From the NCBI RefSeq assembly GCF_009914755.1, contig NC_060942.1: a DNA stretch of 64,000 bases, one strand, 5' to 3'. Source of the stretch: the human T2T-CHM13v2.0 reference genome, Homo sapiens. Below, one piece after another: positions 42,936 through 58,089 of this stretch. The number at the start of each line of letters is the position of its first letter. The stretch's first letter is position 1. Under the pieces are notes generated by a model. That model was not told where the DNA came from. It saw only the letters and a list, made by a program, of their open reading frames with translations, and searched no databases. A program made the translations under genes and the position numbers.

Positions 42936-43206
42936 CTAATTTAATGTGACTGAAAACAGCTAATCATTTCTATTTAAACATATCTCACATCTGTAACCCA
43001 AACTGGGTGGGCCAAGGCCTGTTACATGGACAGTTTCTCTAGAACTGAACCTGAAAACTTCATATATCCTCTGCTGAGGGGAAGGCCATGTTACAACGGC
43101 TTCCTAGAACTCATCTCTATTTTATACAACATTGCATCAGAAACACTTTTACATTTTTTAAAATAGGTTGAATTTGTATTTACACACACATATAAGTATG
43201 TGTGCC

Positions 43207-43208
<2 letters not shown>

Positions 43209-43250
<42 letters not shown>
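43209..43250. repeat. (GT)21 microsatellite
   Basis: Seen directly. Confidence 0.95.
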
Positions 43251-43253
<3 letters not shown>

Positions 43254-43416
43254 CATAACTGGCCATGTCTATTTTGTTAGGGAGGTAAAGATTAACAAAG
43301 CATGAATTTTTACTTACAAATTGGACTGTTGTTTCTTGGTGGTGGAAGAACTCCTTAGTCTTGATACTTAAAGCTATATGTTATTGACACAGGAAACTGT
43401 TCAAAATAAATTTTAT

Positions 43417-43825
<409 letters not shown>

Positions 43826-44231
43826 TTACTAAATCTGGAATACTGTTTTACAACTTACATGTTAAATTTTAGGGGCAGTCAGTGGGTGAGAAGGAAAATA
43901 CCATTGCTGCTCTTCTTGGGAGGCAATTTAATTGGCCAACAGTAATGAGTATGTGAAGATCTATGTCTACTTTTCAGACACTGGGCTGATTGAGAGAAAC
44001 ACTATGACTCATAATCATGGAGGATAAATGTAGAAAGGGTCACAAGATGAAACCAGTAAGAAGGATGAAATCAAGCAAAGAATAGGGTTAAAGGGAGTCC
44101 AGATGGTCAGCAATATACATAAAGACTTGACACCTAAGGGCTATTCCTAGTAGCCTGGCATCATCACTTATAAGTGCATTCTGTGGAACCAGACAGTCCA
44201 TTGCAGGTAGAAACTTGGTCTTATATGGGAT

Positions 44232-44954
44232 AATGGAGGAAATCTGTTTCTGTCTGCCCAACTCCTTTTCTGCTTTCCTCTAATGATGAACTAAATTTAA
44301 CGTATTTGGAGAAGACCTCTTGTCTCAAATGATTCCGCTAGGGCTTCCAATCACAACAACATATTTGGCCATAGAAATGAGTATGGGAGCCAGGCAAGCC
44401 AATGAGAACAGCCCATTTCTGTGGCTACACAGATTGGCTCACGGACAGCAAAGGATGCATGTCAGGTCAGGCAGACATCTCCTGGGGATTTTTTTTTTTT
44501 TTTTACCAGTACCTGGCAAAAATAAAGAAGATATTTTTCCCTTGAATAGCAAGCTATAAGGATGTGACCCCAGAGTTGTCAGTGACCATTATCCCTGCCA
44601 TGTGCAGAGCCCTGAAAGATTGAAGCTAACACACATTTAGAATATGGTTAAGATGAGCCCTACAATCTATATCATTTCTTCCCTTCCTCTTTCTTTACTT
44701 CTATATATCTGTCTCTGCATCTCTGTCTTGGTCTCTGTCTCTGTCTCTCTCTCTCTCTGTCACACACACACACATATACATACACACACACAAACACACA
44801 CAATTTGTGAACTGTATTCAGTTGACATTGAAGCTGACTCTCTTCCCATTGTGTGTGTATGTGTTGTTTGGTTAAATGGGCTAATTTTCCTTCTTGCTTG
44901 AATGGGTTTGTGTTTTATTCTGTCACTAACAACCAAAAGAGTCTTGCCTAATGC
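44232..44954 (+). mobile_element. Old MaLR LTR (MLT1K/L-like) containing a (TC)/(CA) microsatellite at about 44705-44802
   Basis: 'caggcaagccaatgaga', 'gattggctca', end 'ttctgtcactaacaaccaaaagagtcttgcctaat'. Confidence 0.65.
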
Positions 44955-46404
44955 CAAGCACTATTTTTACCTTTATATGGCCATGAATTTATTTGAACTT
45001 TGCCACATGCCATTCTGGTTGACCTACAGTTATTACAAGGGAGGAGAAGCTTCACATTTGTCTTGATAGCTATCCTTTTGTATTTGGAATCATTTTTCCT
45101 TGAGCTTCTGCCTTTAGCTCCAGTAAAACAGAACATAACGTTGCAGGGTTCAGATGAGGAATTGACATTCAATGAACTGCAGATTGTTCTTTCTGAAACA
45201 TGACCATACATGACTGGGCCTGTCTGTTTGTGGTCTCTTAAGGATCCTTAGAATACTTCCATTTTGGATCATTGCTCAAGCTGAAGTTACTACCCTGAAA
45301 TTTACTTTTTCCTCCTATCCCCTACTTTTCAACCTTTTCTATGGCTCCCCTCAGCAAGGCCCTGTTTTCACTCGTTGTATCTGATTGCTTACCTTTGAAG
45401 GATATTTTGTCCTCATACTTCTTCTTCCTTTAAGTTGAACATGGACCATTTTCCACTAACTGAGGAAGAGAGGAATTATCTTTTAGGATTAGTATTTTTC
45501 CCATCCATACAGTTTAATCTGCACTTAAATTGTAAGTGAAGACTTCATGGAGAAGGAATATTTTACATGGACTATAAAAAGACAGTAATCCAACAATGAT
45601 TAAGAGCTATACCTTCCTGACTTTCTTTTTGAATGACAGAAAAAGTTGGTAAAGAACATGAAATGGAATGGAGAAAAGTGTACATTTATTTATAACTATC
45701 CCCTCTTTTCTATAAACTTATAAGATACAATGCTTACTTTGGTCTTTGCTCTTCATAAGTTGGATCCCTGACTGAAACACTGGCTTTTATTTTTAATTTA
45801 AGGTTTTTGTTTTTTTTTCCTGCAATTAGTCTTTCCAGGACATCTGTCTGTCAAGAAGGATAATGGCATTTCCAACACACATTCACCGAATGGGAATCTT
45901 AATCTAAGGCAGGACCTTAGGGGTTCCACAGAAACAACAGAAAGTCATGGTCTTTTGGGCATGGTAATTTAAGAGAGATGGCTGTCCCGCTGCATTTAGA
46001 AGCAGCTTCTCACACAGACGTCAGCAATTATCTTCTCGGTCCAGGTGACAGATGGTAGGAAAGCATTCCTAGGCCCATGCCCTTGGCTTCCACATCTGTG
46101 AAAACATTTTTCCATAAGGTTTCCTTGCTTATTCATTGTAAGACAGCCTTCAGTGTTAGCGAGAGAGACAGACTCCTCCCTCCGTCAGGTCTTGCTCTTC
46201 TCTTATGCCACACACCTTCAATTTCCTTCCAGCAGACTACAATTAGATCAAATAAATAGATTTTTAAAAAATGTTTTCAGACTCTCACCTAGCTCTAAAG
46301 AAATAATCCAATGCAGAAAGTCTAGTAAACTTAGGAAAAAAACATACAAACAAATGGTTAAGAAATAAAAAATCTTTCACTTAGCTTGCCTGTGGGGGAA
46401 TACT

Positions 46405-46555
46405 CTACTTACATGATTTTCATGCTGGTCTTTCTCACTTAACTCTAAGTTTCTTGAGGCCAAGGTTTTTACTTTAGTTACATGGCAATTCTAAGTAGCC
46501 CATTCATATATGCATACCAAATAAATAGATAAATTGACCAATTAATGAATTAGCT
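46405..46555 (+). mobile_element. L2 3' end
   Basis: 'tctttctcacttaactctaagtttcttgaggccaagg...aataaatag...ttaatgaat'. Confidence 0.5.
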
Positions 46556-48387
46556 GGTTGAGAAGATAGTACCAACATTTTCCAAAGAGCAAAGAGTTTC
46601 ATGGTTGAAATGAAGAAAATAAAATTTTTAATTGATGGGGACCACTGGAACCCTGAAGACAGAAGGTAGTACTAAGGGAAATTCTGTGACATTTCAGCTG
46701 AAAGATTTCATTAGAGCCACAAATATCTGCCAACCTAGCCTAAACATTTTCTTGGATTCTAGGTTCTGTTCTGATCTAAGACGTAAAATAATTTTTTTCT
46801 CAGGGTCTTCGGCCAGCACCTTTCTTGATCTGTCTCCAGGCAGGCTCCTAATCTTGTCTTGACAGTTCTATTAAGCCTCAACCTCAAGGCTTTTGTTGCT
46901 GAGTTAGAACCCTATTGATATCATCCAGTCTTAGCCTCCATATCTGAGACTACATTCTTACCTTGATCTTATCCTAAGCATGGCTCATGGCCATGTACTC
47001 CTGAGACTTCAGCAGTAAAGTTGAATCCCAGAATTTGTGACAACCACATATAACATAATAATAAGTACCACACATGTACACACACATATACTGTATTTCG
47101 TTCATATTGCCAATTATCTTTTTATGGGATACACAAAAATTAAATAGACTTGTCTTCACCAAATATACTTTCTGTTCTTTCAACAAAGCTCTAACACAAA
47201 TCTATCTACAAAATAACATATGAGCTTCATGTGCCAATATCATATGAGTAGAAACTTCTCATCCAGAGACCAAAGTGTCTTGGGAAATTAAAAGTTATAC
47301 GTAACATCACAGGGACAGGCAGCCCCCTATAACCTGGGAGAATTGGGTGTGGCAGCTTTACAACAGACGTAATTTTTAGGCACATAAAATACCAGTGAGT
47401 TAATTTGCATTTCCTTTTTGGTTAAACTAATATTCATATTTTTCGATAAGGGAAATACCCCTCAATGGGAGTAAGAAAAACTCTGAAGTCTTATCGAAAA
47501 TCTTATAACACATGGTTGTTTGGAGCCTAAGGGTTATTCTTTCATGAAGTATTGATATATTCCAGAGATTTGACAATTTCTGCTTCCTGAATTGGTTTGC
47601 CTGGTAAGAGGTTGTGCTCTGTTCTGTTACATAGTAACTATTTTTTTTCAACACTACATCCACCTTGGGCCTTTTGAAAGCACTGTGACATTTAGGCATT
47701 CAAGTTTAAATAACCACCAATGTCAGTGACTTGGCCAGTCATTCAACGGAAGGACAGATAACATTAAGCACATTTAGGTTAGTAAATTCCCAAGCCATGC
47801 TGAATATATCTCAACTTGTTCCACCAGGAGCAATTGGCAAGTGTGTTTTGACATAGATTGTAAGAAGCATTCTGATTTTTTAAAATTACAATGTAAAAAA
47901 TAATAACAAAATAAAAGTATGTATTAGAATCAAAGTAATTGATTAAGGAAATGGTCACATTCATTAATGTGAACCTAAGTATCCTCAAATTCTTCTAGTC
48001 TTTTACTATCAATTCAGTAATTTTAATAAGCAAAGCTAAGGGATATACATCAATGCTGCCCCTCAAAATGTCCTATTATTTTTGGGAACCCCCAGGGATG
48101 CCTTGTGCTTAGAAACTCATTTACTCATATTCTTGTACTCCTTCCAGAGCTGCTGGTGGCTTCTATGATAATGCTGCTCCCTGGCTGCTCCATTAAGCAT
48201 AGTAGGGTCAGCTACTGGGTCACTGCTGTGGTGCAGCCACTGCTTTGCACTGCAGCTCCCCCATCAAGGGTCTGCAGAGAAAGCCTCCCTCCCTAACTTC
48301 TTGTCTTTATGTCTCCAGTCTTGAGTTCAAAAAGCACATTGTCAATAGAGTGATCTAAGTTTTATTTCTGCTTGTATTGTCTTCTCT

Positions 48388-48433
48388 GTAAGAGGTGAGA
48401 TATGGTCTCAGTAAGAGGTGAGATATGGTCTCA
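48388..48433. repeat. Perfect 23-bp tandem duplication (gtaagaggtgagatatggtctca x2)
   Basis: Seen directly. Confidence 0.95.
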
Positions 48434-50129
48434 GGGACTGGACCAAGAATAGAGACAAAACGTCTTCTGTTCCTACATCTAACCAGAGTCTAGGCCTGAG
48501 CTAGACCTCAAAAGTCAGTGGTCTTCCACTCTCCACCCTCCTTCTCCACATCACTTCAGGTAGTTAGATGCCTGGAATGGGAAGTTCTGGTGTGACAGTT
48601 TAGTCAACAGGCCAGTGTGGCCATTATGTGTGAATGAATTGAGGGCCTACAGTGTAGTGTGAAAAATTGCTATAAACAGATCAATAGGGAGAGAAACACA
48701 AAATTGAAGAAACAATTTATAATACTCACCAAAATTGAAGAAGACAATTTTGGTGAGTATTATAAAGGTAAAGAATATTGTACTTTGAAAGAAAGTAATA
48801 AGAGAAATCTACTTTATATTAGATTTAAGTGCTCAGCAAAACCAAAGGTGTAGGTAAGAAAGTGACCTTCAAGCAGTTACCTGTGGGCTGAATAGGAGTC
48901 AGGCAGGCAGAGGAGTACATAATCTAGGTGGATGATCACCAGGGACAAATGCCCTGTGTTGGAAATGAATGTGGCATTTTCTAGAAGTGAAAGGGAGATC
49001 CTATGGCTAGAATTTCTGAAAAAAAGAGGAGAGTGACAGCAATTTAGATTATAGAGGAAATCACAGTCTTGAATGCCATCTTCTAATTTCAGTAGAGAAT
49101 CACTGAATGCATTCAACATCATACAATTTAGTTGAAATGTTACAATAGGACTCATAGGAACTCCCAAGGCTAATGTCAAAATTTTATTTTTTATGTATGT
49201 GCACACGGTCTCTTCTCTGCTTCTATACTCAAGTCCCAGAAAAGTTAGTTTTGTGAATAAGACCTAGAAGATACTACAAGATAATATAGAATAAGCACAA
49301 TAGGTGAACCCAGGCTAATTGCAAGCTTCCTATAACAATGTTTACTCATGTTTGATTTGGTCTCAGACCTTTCCTTTCAAACCATGTATGTTATTGCTAT
49401 GTCCAGGCATGCCTTTGAATGTCCTAAGGCAATGTGGGTACATATAATATCTGACCTTGTGAATCATCTGTGCTTGAGAAGAAGCTAGCAAAGTGACTGA
49501 ATAAATTCTTTCAGGAGGACCTCAACAATCCCATCTGTAATGACCTGGCTGGGGTTGGGGAACTGCACAGCTGATTAACATTAGTGTTAAAATTGAACTG
49601 AACTCTTAGTTTCTAGAATACACATTGCCAACTGCTAGAATACATGAGAACTGCCTTATTCTAGTAAGACAAGACTAACTGTGCACTTACTCTGAGAAGG
49701 CACATGCTCTGGTGGACCTTGCCCCTGAAAACATCTGATTTCTATGATGATGTGCCAACCCTGATGTTCTCAGCCCCCCATTGACCCTACCTATGAAGTC
49801 AGTGTTCTACTTTTTCTTATATTGTGAAATCTCAAGGCAAAGATCTCATCTATATTTTGAATTCTATTTTTTATTAAAATTTACTTTATCCTTGATATTT
49901 TGGCATAAACCTGACTACTTAGTAGTTATTAGCACTTACTGAAATGTTTTTATTAAGAAAGCTAATCTTGAGTCAAGATATAAAGAAATACAAATACCTA
50001 GATACAATATAGTGTTTTCTCATTAAACTTCAAATGTTTCTAATAAGTTTTTAATTTAACCTTGATTTCCTTTCCAATGCTAAGGAGAAAAACACCTTCA
50101 ACTACTTTTCATGAGGACAATTATTCAGG

Positions 50130-50640
50130 ATCTCTTAGTACACGCTGCTGTAAGAAGAACATGAAGAGAGTTAAATAGGCACTCGCACTGACCTTGAGTA
50201 GTTTATGATCTAAGTAGAACATTATGATGCAGAAATATATCTTCAGGGAATGCATTAGAGACCTTACATTACTTATGTGTTTAAATTATGTGGAAGCAAA
50301 AAGGTAATGGAATTTAATTCAGTGATGAAGAAGGGAAGAACTTTAGTTTGAGGGAAAGCATCAGAGACTAGCTGTGAGCTTAGGAAGATTGAAGGATGAG
50401 CTGTTTTAGAAGTGTTTTTCTAAAAGGAAAAGAGTTTTAGTATACATGTTCCAGTTATCAATAGAAAAGAAATAATAGACTAGAACTATGTGAGTTTGGG
50501 TTGGCTATGGGAGGATTTACTGGAAAGGCTGAGCTTAGCCTAGGTGTTAAAAGATATACAGAATATGGAAACATGGATCAATGTGGACAAATACTGAGGG
50601 ACCATTCACCTAGATAACATAAGATCAGATATATTTGGGG
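50130..50640 (-). mobile_element. L2 fragments
   Basis: 'cactgaccttgagtagtttatgatctaagtag', 'gctgagcttagcctaggtgttaaaagatatacagaat'. Confidence 0.4.
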
Positions 50641-52940
50641 AGATTTATTAGAATGGGTAAATGTGGGGCTGGTGACGAGATATGTAAATGCTACAAAGCA
50701 GGTCTGCATAATTGCCTCAGCTTAAAGTAAAAATATTTGCAAAGGGAACTATAAGTTTGCCATATGAGCCACTTCCTTTTTCTGGTCTGGGAGTCAATCC
50801 TCCTGTTAGATCTCATTGTCTTTACCTTCCTCCCTGTCCCCAATGTTTCTCCTCCCTCATCTAGTGTCTTCTGAAACTTGGATGCAACACTCCATGTTCT
50901 GAAAGAAAGAACATGCCCTAGCTAGCATCTTGTTTCCAAAATATTGCCATGCACAGAATCAACCAGTGACAATTATCAACTAATACCCCACAAATTTGCC
51001 CAAACTAGCTAAGCCCAAACATCTATCTTCTCAACAACTAGTTTAGTTCTGTTCTAAGAGGATAGCTTGTATCTTGTATCCAGAATTACTACAGCCTACT
51101 GGGATCATTGAAACCTAAAGAACAAACAGATATTCAAATGCAATTTTCCTTTTTTCATATTGCTTAAATTATCTTTCTCTTTCAAAGCTCAGCTCAACCT
51201 TTCCTCTTGTGCAATGCTTTCACTGAATATTTTATCTTATGACTATAAATCCCTTCTCTAAATTTCTGAGTTTATTCTGCTCAAAACCTTAAATTATATT
51301 CAGCTCTACAAACAGGTTACATGGGCCTTTAGTAAGGTAATTTAACCTTAATCTTCTGTATCTCTTCCTTAACGTCGTCTACATGTAAGAAGGAGATCAG
51401 TTAATATGTTATTAATGATCAGTTAGACATTAAAATTTATAAACTCTCCACCCCAGCTTTTAGTAATTGGAATCCTCTTAACATGGGCCCTGAGCCACAC
51501 CAATGCCATGAATAAAGCACCGTTCATGTCATTCCTCTAACCACTGCCATTTGGGAAAATGGCATTAAATTTTTTGCCTTGTAAAGTTAGGCTGATAATT
51601 TCTGCTCCTTCTTTTCTCTTTCACTGATTTCAGGAAAAATGCAGACTAAGAAATAAAATTCTTTGAACTGCCTGGAAGAAAAATCCCATTTAAATCCTTT
51701 GTATTATTAACCAAACTCCAAACCTGAAGGTTTTAGTTTTTCTTTGAAACTTTAAATCCACCAGATTCTTGGACAGTTTGAGTTTGACAAATCATATCCC
51801 CAGCCATCCCATTCTTAGCAGCTCCTGATCCTGCTGTGGCTGTGGGGACTATGCCAGGAGCTGGCTTGAGGAAGGAGATGGGATGAGGAGAGAAGTTCAA
51901 ATTCCTCAAATAGACCAGGGCTTCAAGTTGCACCAGGAACAGAGGTGAATGGTTGAAGAGAGAAAGCGGTTAGTGTACTCTACCAAGAATAAAGCTATTA
52001 ATAATCCTTGGTCAACTTCTTCTCAGTTGGATCTGTTTCATTAGTTTAGAAAACATTTTTTTTTAATGAGTTGCCAAACCAGTTTTTACTACCAACTGTT
52101 GCATTTTCAGCTCTCTTACCACACTGACACTCAATACCTTCGTTCTGTTTTGAGGTCACAATACATATAATTTATTTAAACCTAGTTGAAGAAGTTTGAT
52201 GAAAGCGTAAATAAAAATGAAAAATTCTGGGGGAAAATAAAATCAATTTATATTAAATGATCATTATTGTTGATCTCAACAATTAAATAAAATTCCATCA
52301 TTTTAAGTGTTGGTTTCTGCTATGATATGATATTAACCTCCTCTCTCTCCCTCTCCCATAACTTATTTGAGTTTTGAAGAGAACTGATGGTGACCTTTAC
52401 AAAAAAGAATAATAATACATTATGCCTGTCTTTCCCTTCAGCCTACAGAGATACAAGCAGAGTCACTCCAAAGGTTTACTTATGACAAGAGAAAAGATAT
52501 AAAAGTTTGATGACAAAGTCATTTAGAGAAATTAACTTTGGTTAATTTATCTGACCTTGTTTTAAGAGGTGCAGCTGTGCTGAGTCCACAGACAGCTGCA
52601 GCCAAGCAGTGCCTTGACTAGTGGTCCTTTAGTAAATGCAAGTGGTTGCTATGATTGTTTTTTTCTCTCCTACATCAAATCGTACTTCCCCTTTACCTAC
52701 CCTTCCTTTAAAACAACATACTTCTGCCATTTTCCTGGAGATATCATCATTTCTCTATTTACCTTACTAACAGAAAAAAGCTGAGGTAAAACAAGTTCAA
52801 TAATAGATTTTCCACCCATTGAACTTATCTCACCAATCTAGGTGTCATGCACTGGTGTACTGATGTGAACACTTTAATAAATTGTGATGTTCTGATTTCT
52901 AATGTGTACACACATTAGAAATGTGTGCGTGTGTGTATAA

Positions 52941-53084
52941 GTTTGGGCATGGGGGCACATGCCTGTAATCCCAGCACTTTGAGAGGCCAAGGTGGGAGGA
53001 CTGCTTGGAGCCAGGAGTTAAAGAATAGCCTGAGCAATAGAGCATGACCCTGTCTCTAGGAAATAATAATTAAATTTAAAAATT
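52941..53084 (+). mobile_element. FLAM/AluJ left monomer
   Basis: 'gcctgtaatcccagcactttgagaggccaaggtgggaggactgcttggagccaggag...gaccctgtctcta' followed by an A-rich tail. Confidence 0.85.
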
Positions 53085-53085
53085 T

Positions 53086-55092
<2,007 letters not shown>

Positions 55093-57766
55093 TCTCATGA
55101 TGGTGGAATAAACACTTTTTCTTATTCTTCCTGTAAAATATCACTATCACAAAAACACTAATCTTTATATATAGAATAAGTATGAAAAAGCTCTTGAAAG
55201 GTGGAAAGAAGAAGATAGGCTTGGTGGGCACATCCAGACCCAAGGAACAACATGGTGGTGAGTTCCCTGGGTTTTCTTTTTATCTCATACATCCAAGACT
55301 TGGAGCTGAAGAAGCTGCCAACCTGGAAATGCCAAGGTGCACAGACGAAAAAAGCCCCAGTAAAAGCCCTCTCTATGTAGCCACAGAACAAATAAAGTGG
55401 CTAAGAAGACAGGAGAGCTTTAGAAAATAACTGCTTTACTGGAGGCAATCATCATGGAAAAAACACCTGTATTCTCATTCCTACCCTTGCCAGCCAGCAA
55501 CGGCTGGATGAGGAGCCTGGACTTTCATTTGGTTTCCAATCTCAAGAGGCTGTAATAATGTGCCTCAATATTTCTGACAAGGTGATGTCAGGAACCAATT
55601 ACAAACATGGGACTTCCATTTCTGCTGGCTAATACTGAGGCCACTCCTTGCCTCATTGTCTCATAGTATCAGTGGAAATAATGTGAATAACCTGGACCTC
55701 CACCTTCACCCAGCAATAACAAGGCACCACTCCATGTCCCAACAGATGTAGTGTCAGGTGAGGCCTGGTGGAGAGGAAGGACTTCCACCAACTGTCAACA
55801 ATAACAACACCATCCTTTATTGTGGTATCAGTGGAGACCACATAGATGGCAAAAATTCCCATCCCCACCCAGCAGTAACAAGGTGCATACCTCACCACCA
55901 CCATCCAACAATTTTGGATGACAACAAAGAGAATAAGAACCTTGTACCTTCTATCTACCTCTGACAGTAATAAGGTTGCAGCTCTTCTCTGGATGCAACA
56001 TTGTTACAGGAAGACAACTAAAACAAAATGTTTAAATAAGATCCAGAGTCTCATAAGAAAATATGAACATTTCCAGGATTTATTTGAAAATTATGTGCCA
56101 TACTAAAAAACAGGAAGTTCATGAATTGAACAAAAAAAGAACATAATAAATGCAAAAATTGAGAAGACAGAGAGTCTACATGTACCTAACAAAGATTTTA
56201 AAGCAACTATGATAAAAGATGCTTCAATGAATAAGTATAAACATGCATGAACCAAATAAAAAATAAGAATGCCTCAGTAAAAACTGTTTCATGAAAGAAA
56301 TAGAGGGTTCACAGGAGAACCAAATAGAAATTTTAAAATTAAATACAATAACTGACATATAAGTGGATTGACTCAATAGCAGAATGGAAGAGACAGACCA
56401 AAAAAAATTAGTGAATTGGAAGATAAAACAATGGAAATTACCTAATCTGAGAAACAAAGAAACCATGCCAAGACACATCAAAATTAAACTTTTGAAAACT
56501 GTAAACTAATACAAATGTTGAGAGTACTCAGATAAAAATGACACTTTACTTATAGGGTAAAAACAATTGAAATGGCAGTGCCTTATCAGAAACCATGGGG
56601 ACAAGAAAGAATTATCAAAACAGAATCTTATACCCCAGAAAATATTCTGCAGCAATGAAGGTTTCAAGACAGTGTAAGATTAAGGAAACTGATGACAATT
56701 GATTGCCATTAGATATGACCTAAGAAGAGATGTATACAGAAAGTTCTGCAAAGCAAAAGAAAACAATTCAGGAAGGAAGCTTAGAACACATGGGATGATA
56801 AAAGACCATGTGAAGGAAAAATATTGATAAGTGCAGCAGGCTTTCTTTCTATTTCTGAGTTTTCTAAAATATGGCTGATAGTTGAAGAAAAAATTATATC
56901 ACTCTATGATAGGGCTCTAAAGCCATGTGGAGAAAATATTCTGACAATTCTAAGATAAACAGTGAAGCATAAAGGGATGTAAAATGAGGTAAAATTTTTA
57001 TACTTTATCAAACCAGACGATGATAGGTTGCGTTTAATAAGGCAATATCTAAAGCAAACACTAAAAGTGTAACACAAAGAGATATACTATAAAACACTAC
57101 AAATAAAATAGAATTCTTAAAAAAAATTCAAATAACACAGAAGTCAGGAAAAAGAAAGAGAAAAAAACTGAGAACAAACAGATAATTAAAAAATGGAATG
57201 TCACGTCACACCTAAGCCTTAACACATCAAAATTATATTAAATAAAAGTGAAGTAAATATGCCAATTAAAGATAGAGATTGGCAGAGTAAGTTTAAAAAT
57301 ATGGCCCAATTATATGCTGTCTACACAAAAATCACTTCCAATATGATTATACTGACAGGTTGCAAGTAAAGTGGTAGACAAAGATGCATCATGAAAAATT
57401 TGTTCAAAGAAAAGCAAGACTGAATATTTTCATATCAGATAAAGTAGATTTTAGAACAAAAAAATCCAGAGACAAATGAACTTTATATAATAATAAAAAT
57501 TCAATCCACCAGCAGTATATAGAAATTTTAAATTTTATTCACCAAACTATAGCTTCCAAATATGTGAAACAAAAGTGGAAAGAATTGAAGGAAGACATAT
57601 AACAATCAAGAATTATATTTGGAGATTTCAGCATCCCTTTAAACAACTGATAAAACAACTAGACAAAAATTATCAAGGATGCAAAACAACTCAACAATGC
57701 TATCAGCCACAGTAACTATTCAATATTTATAGAACACTCAACAACAGCACACTGAACATTGTTTTC

Positions 57767-57799
<33 letters not shown>

Positions 57800-58089
57800 T
57801 TGAGACGGAGTCTTGCTCTGTCACCCAGGCTGGAGTGCAGTGGCGTGATCTCGGCTCACTGCAACCTCCACCTACTGGGTTCAAGAGATTCAATTCTCCT
57901 GCCTCAGCCTCCCAAGTAGCTGGGACTACAGGCACCTGCAACCATGCCCGGCTAATTTTTTGTGTATTTTGTTGTAGAGACGGGGTTTCACTGTTTAGCC
58001 AGGGTAGTCTCAATCTCCTGACTTTGTGATCCACCCACCTGGGCCTCCCAAAGTGCTGGGATTACAGGAGTGAGCCACCGTGCCTGGCA
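57767..58089 (-). mobile_element. AluSc/AluY-like element with (TTA)n tail
   Basis: Full antisense dimer; TSD tgaacattSttttc at 57753-57766 and 58090-58103. Confidence 0.93.

Noticed and set aside
55500-56000. CRISPR-like repeat-spacer array
   Set aside because: Eukaryotic context, highly degenerate units and no cas genes; it lies within an L1 5'UTR
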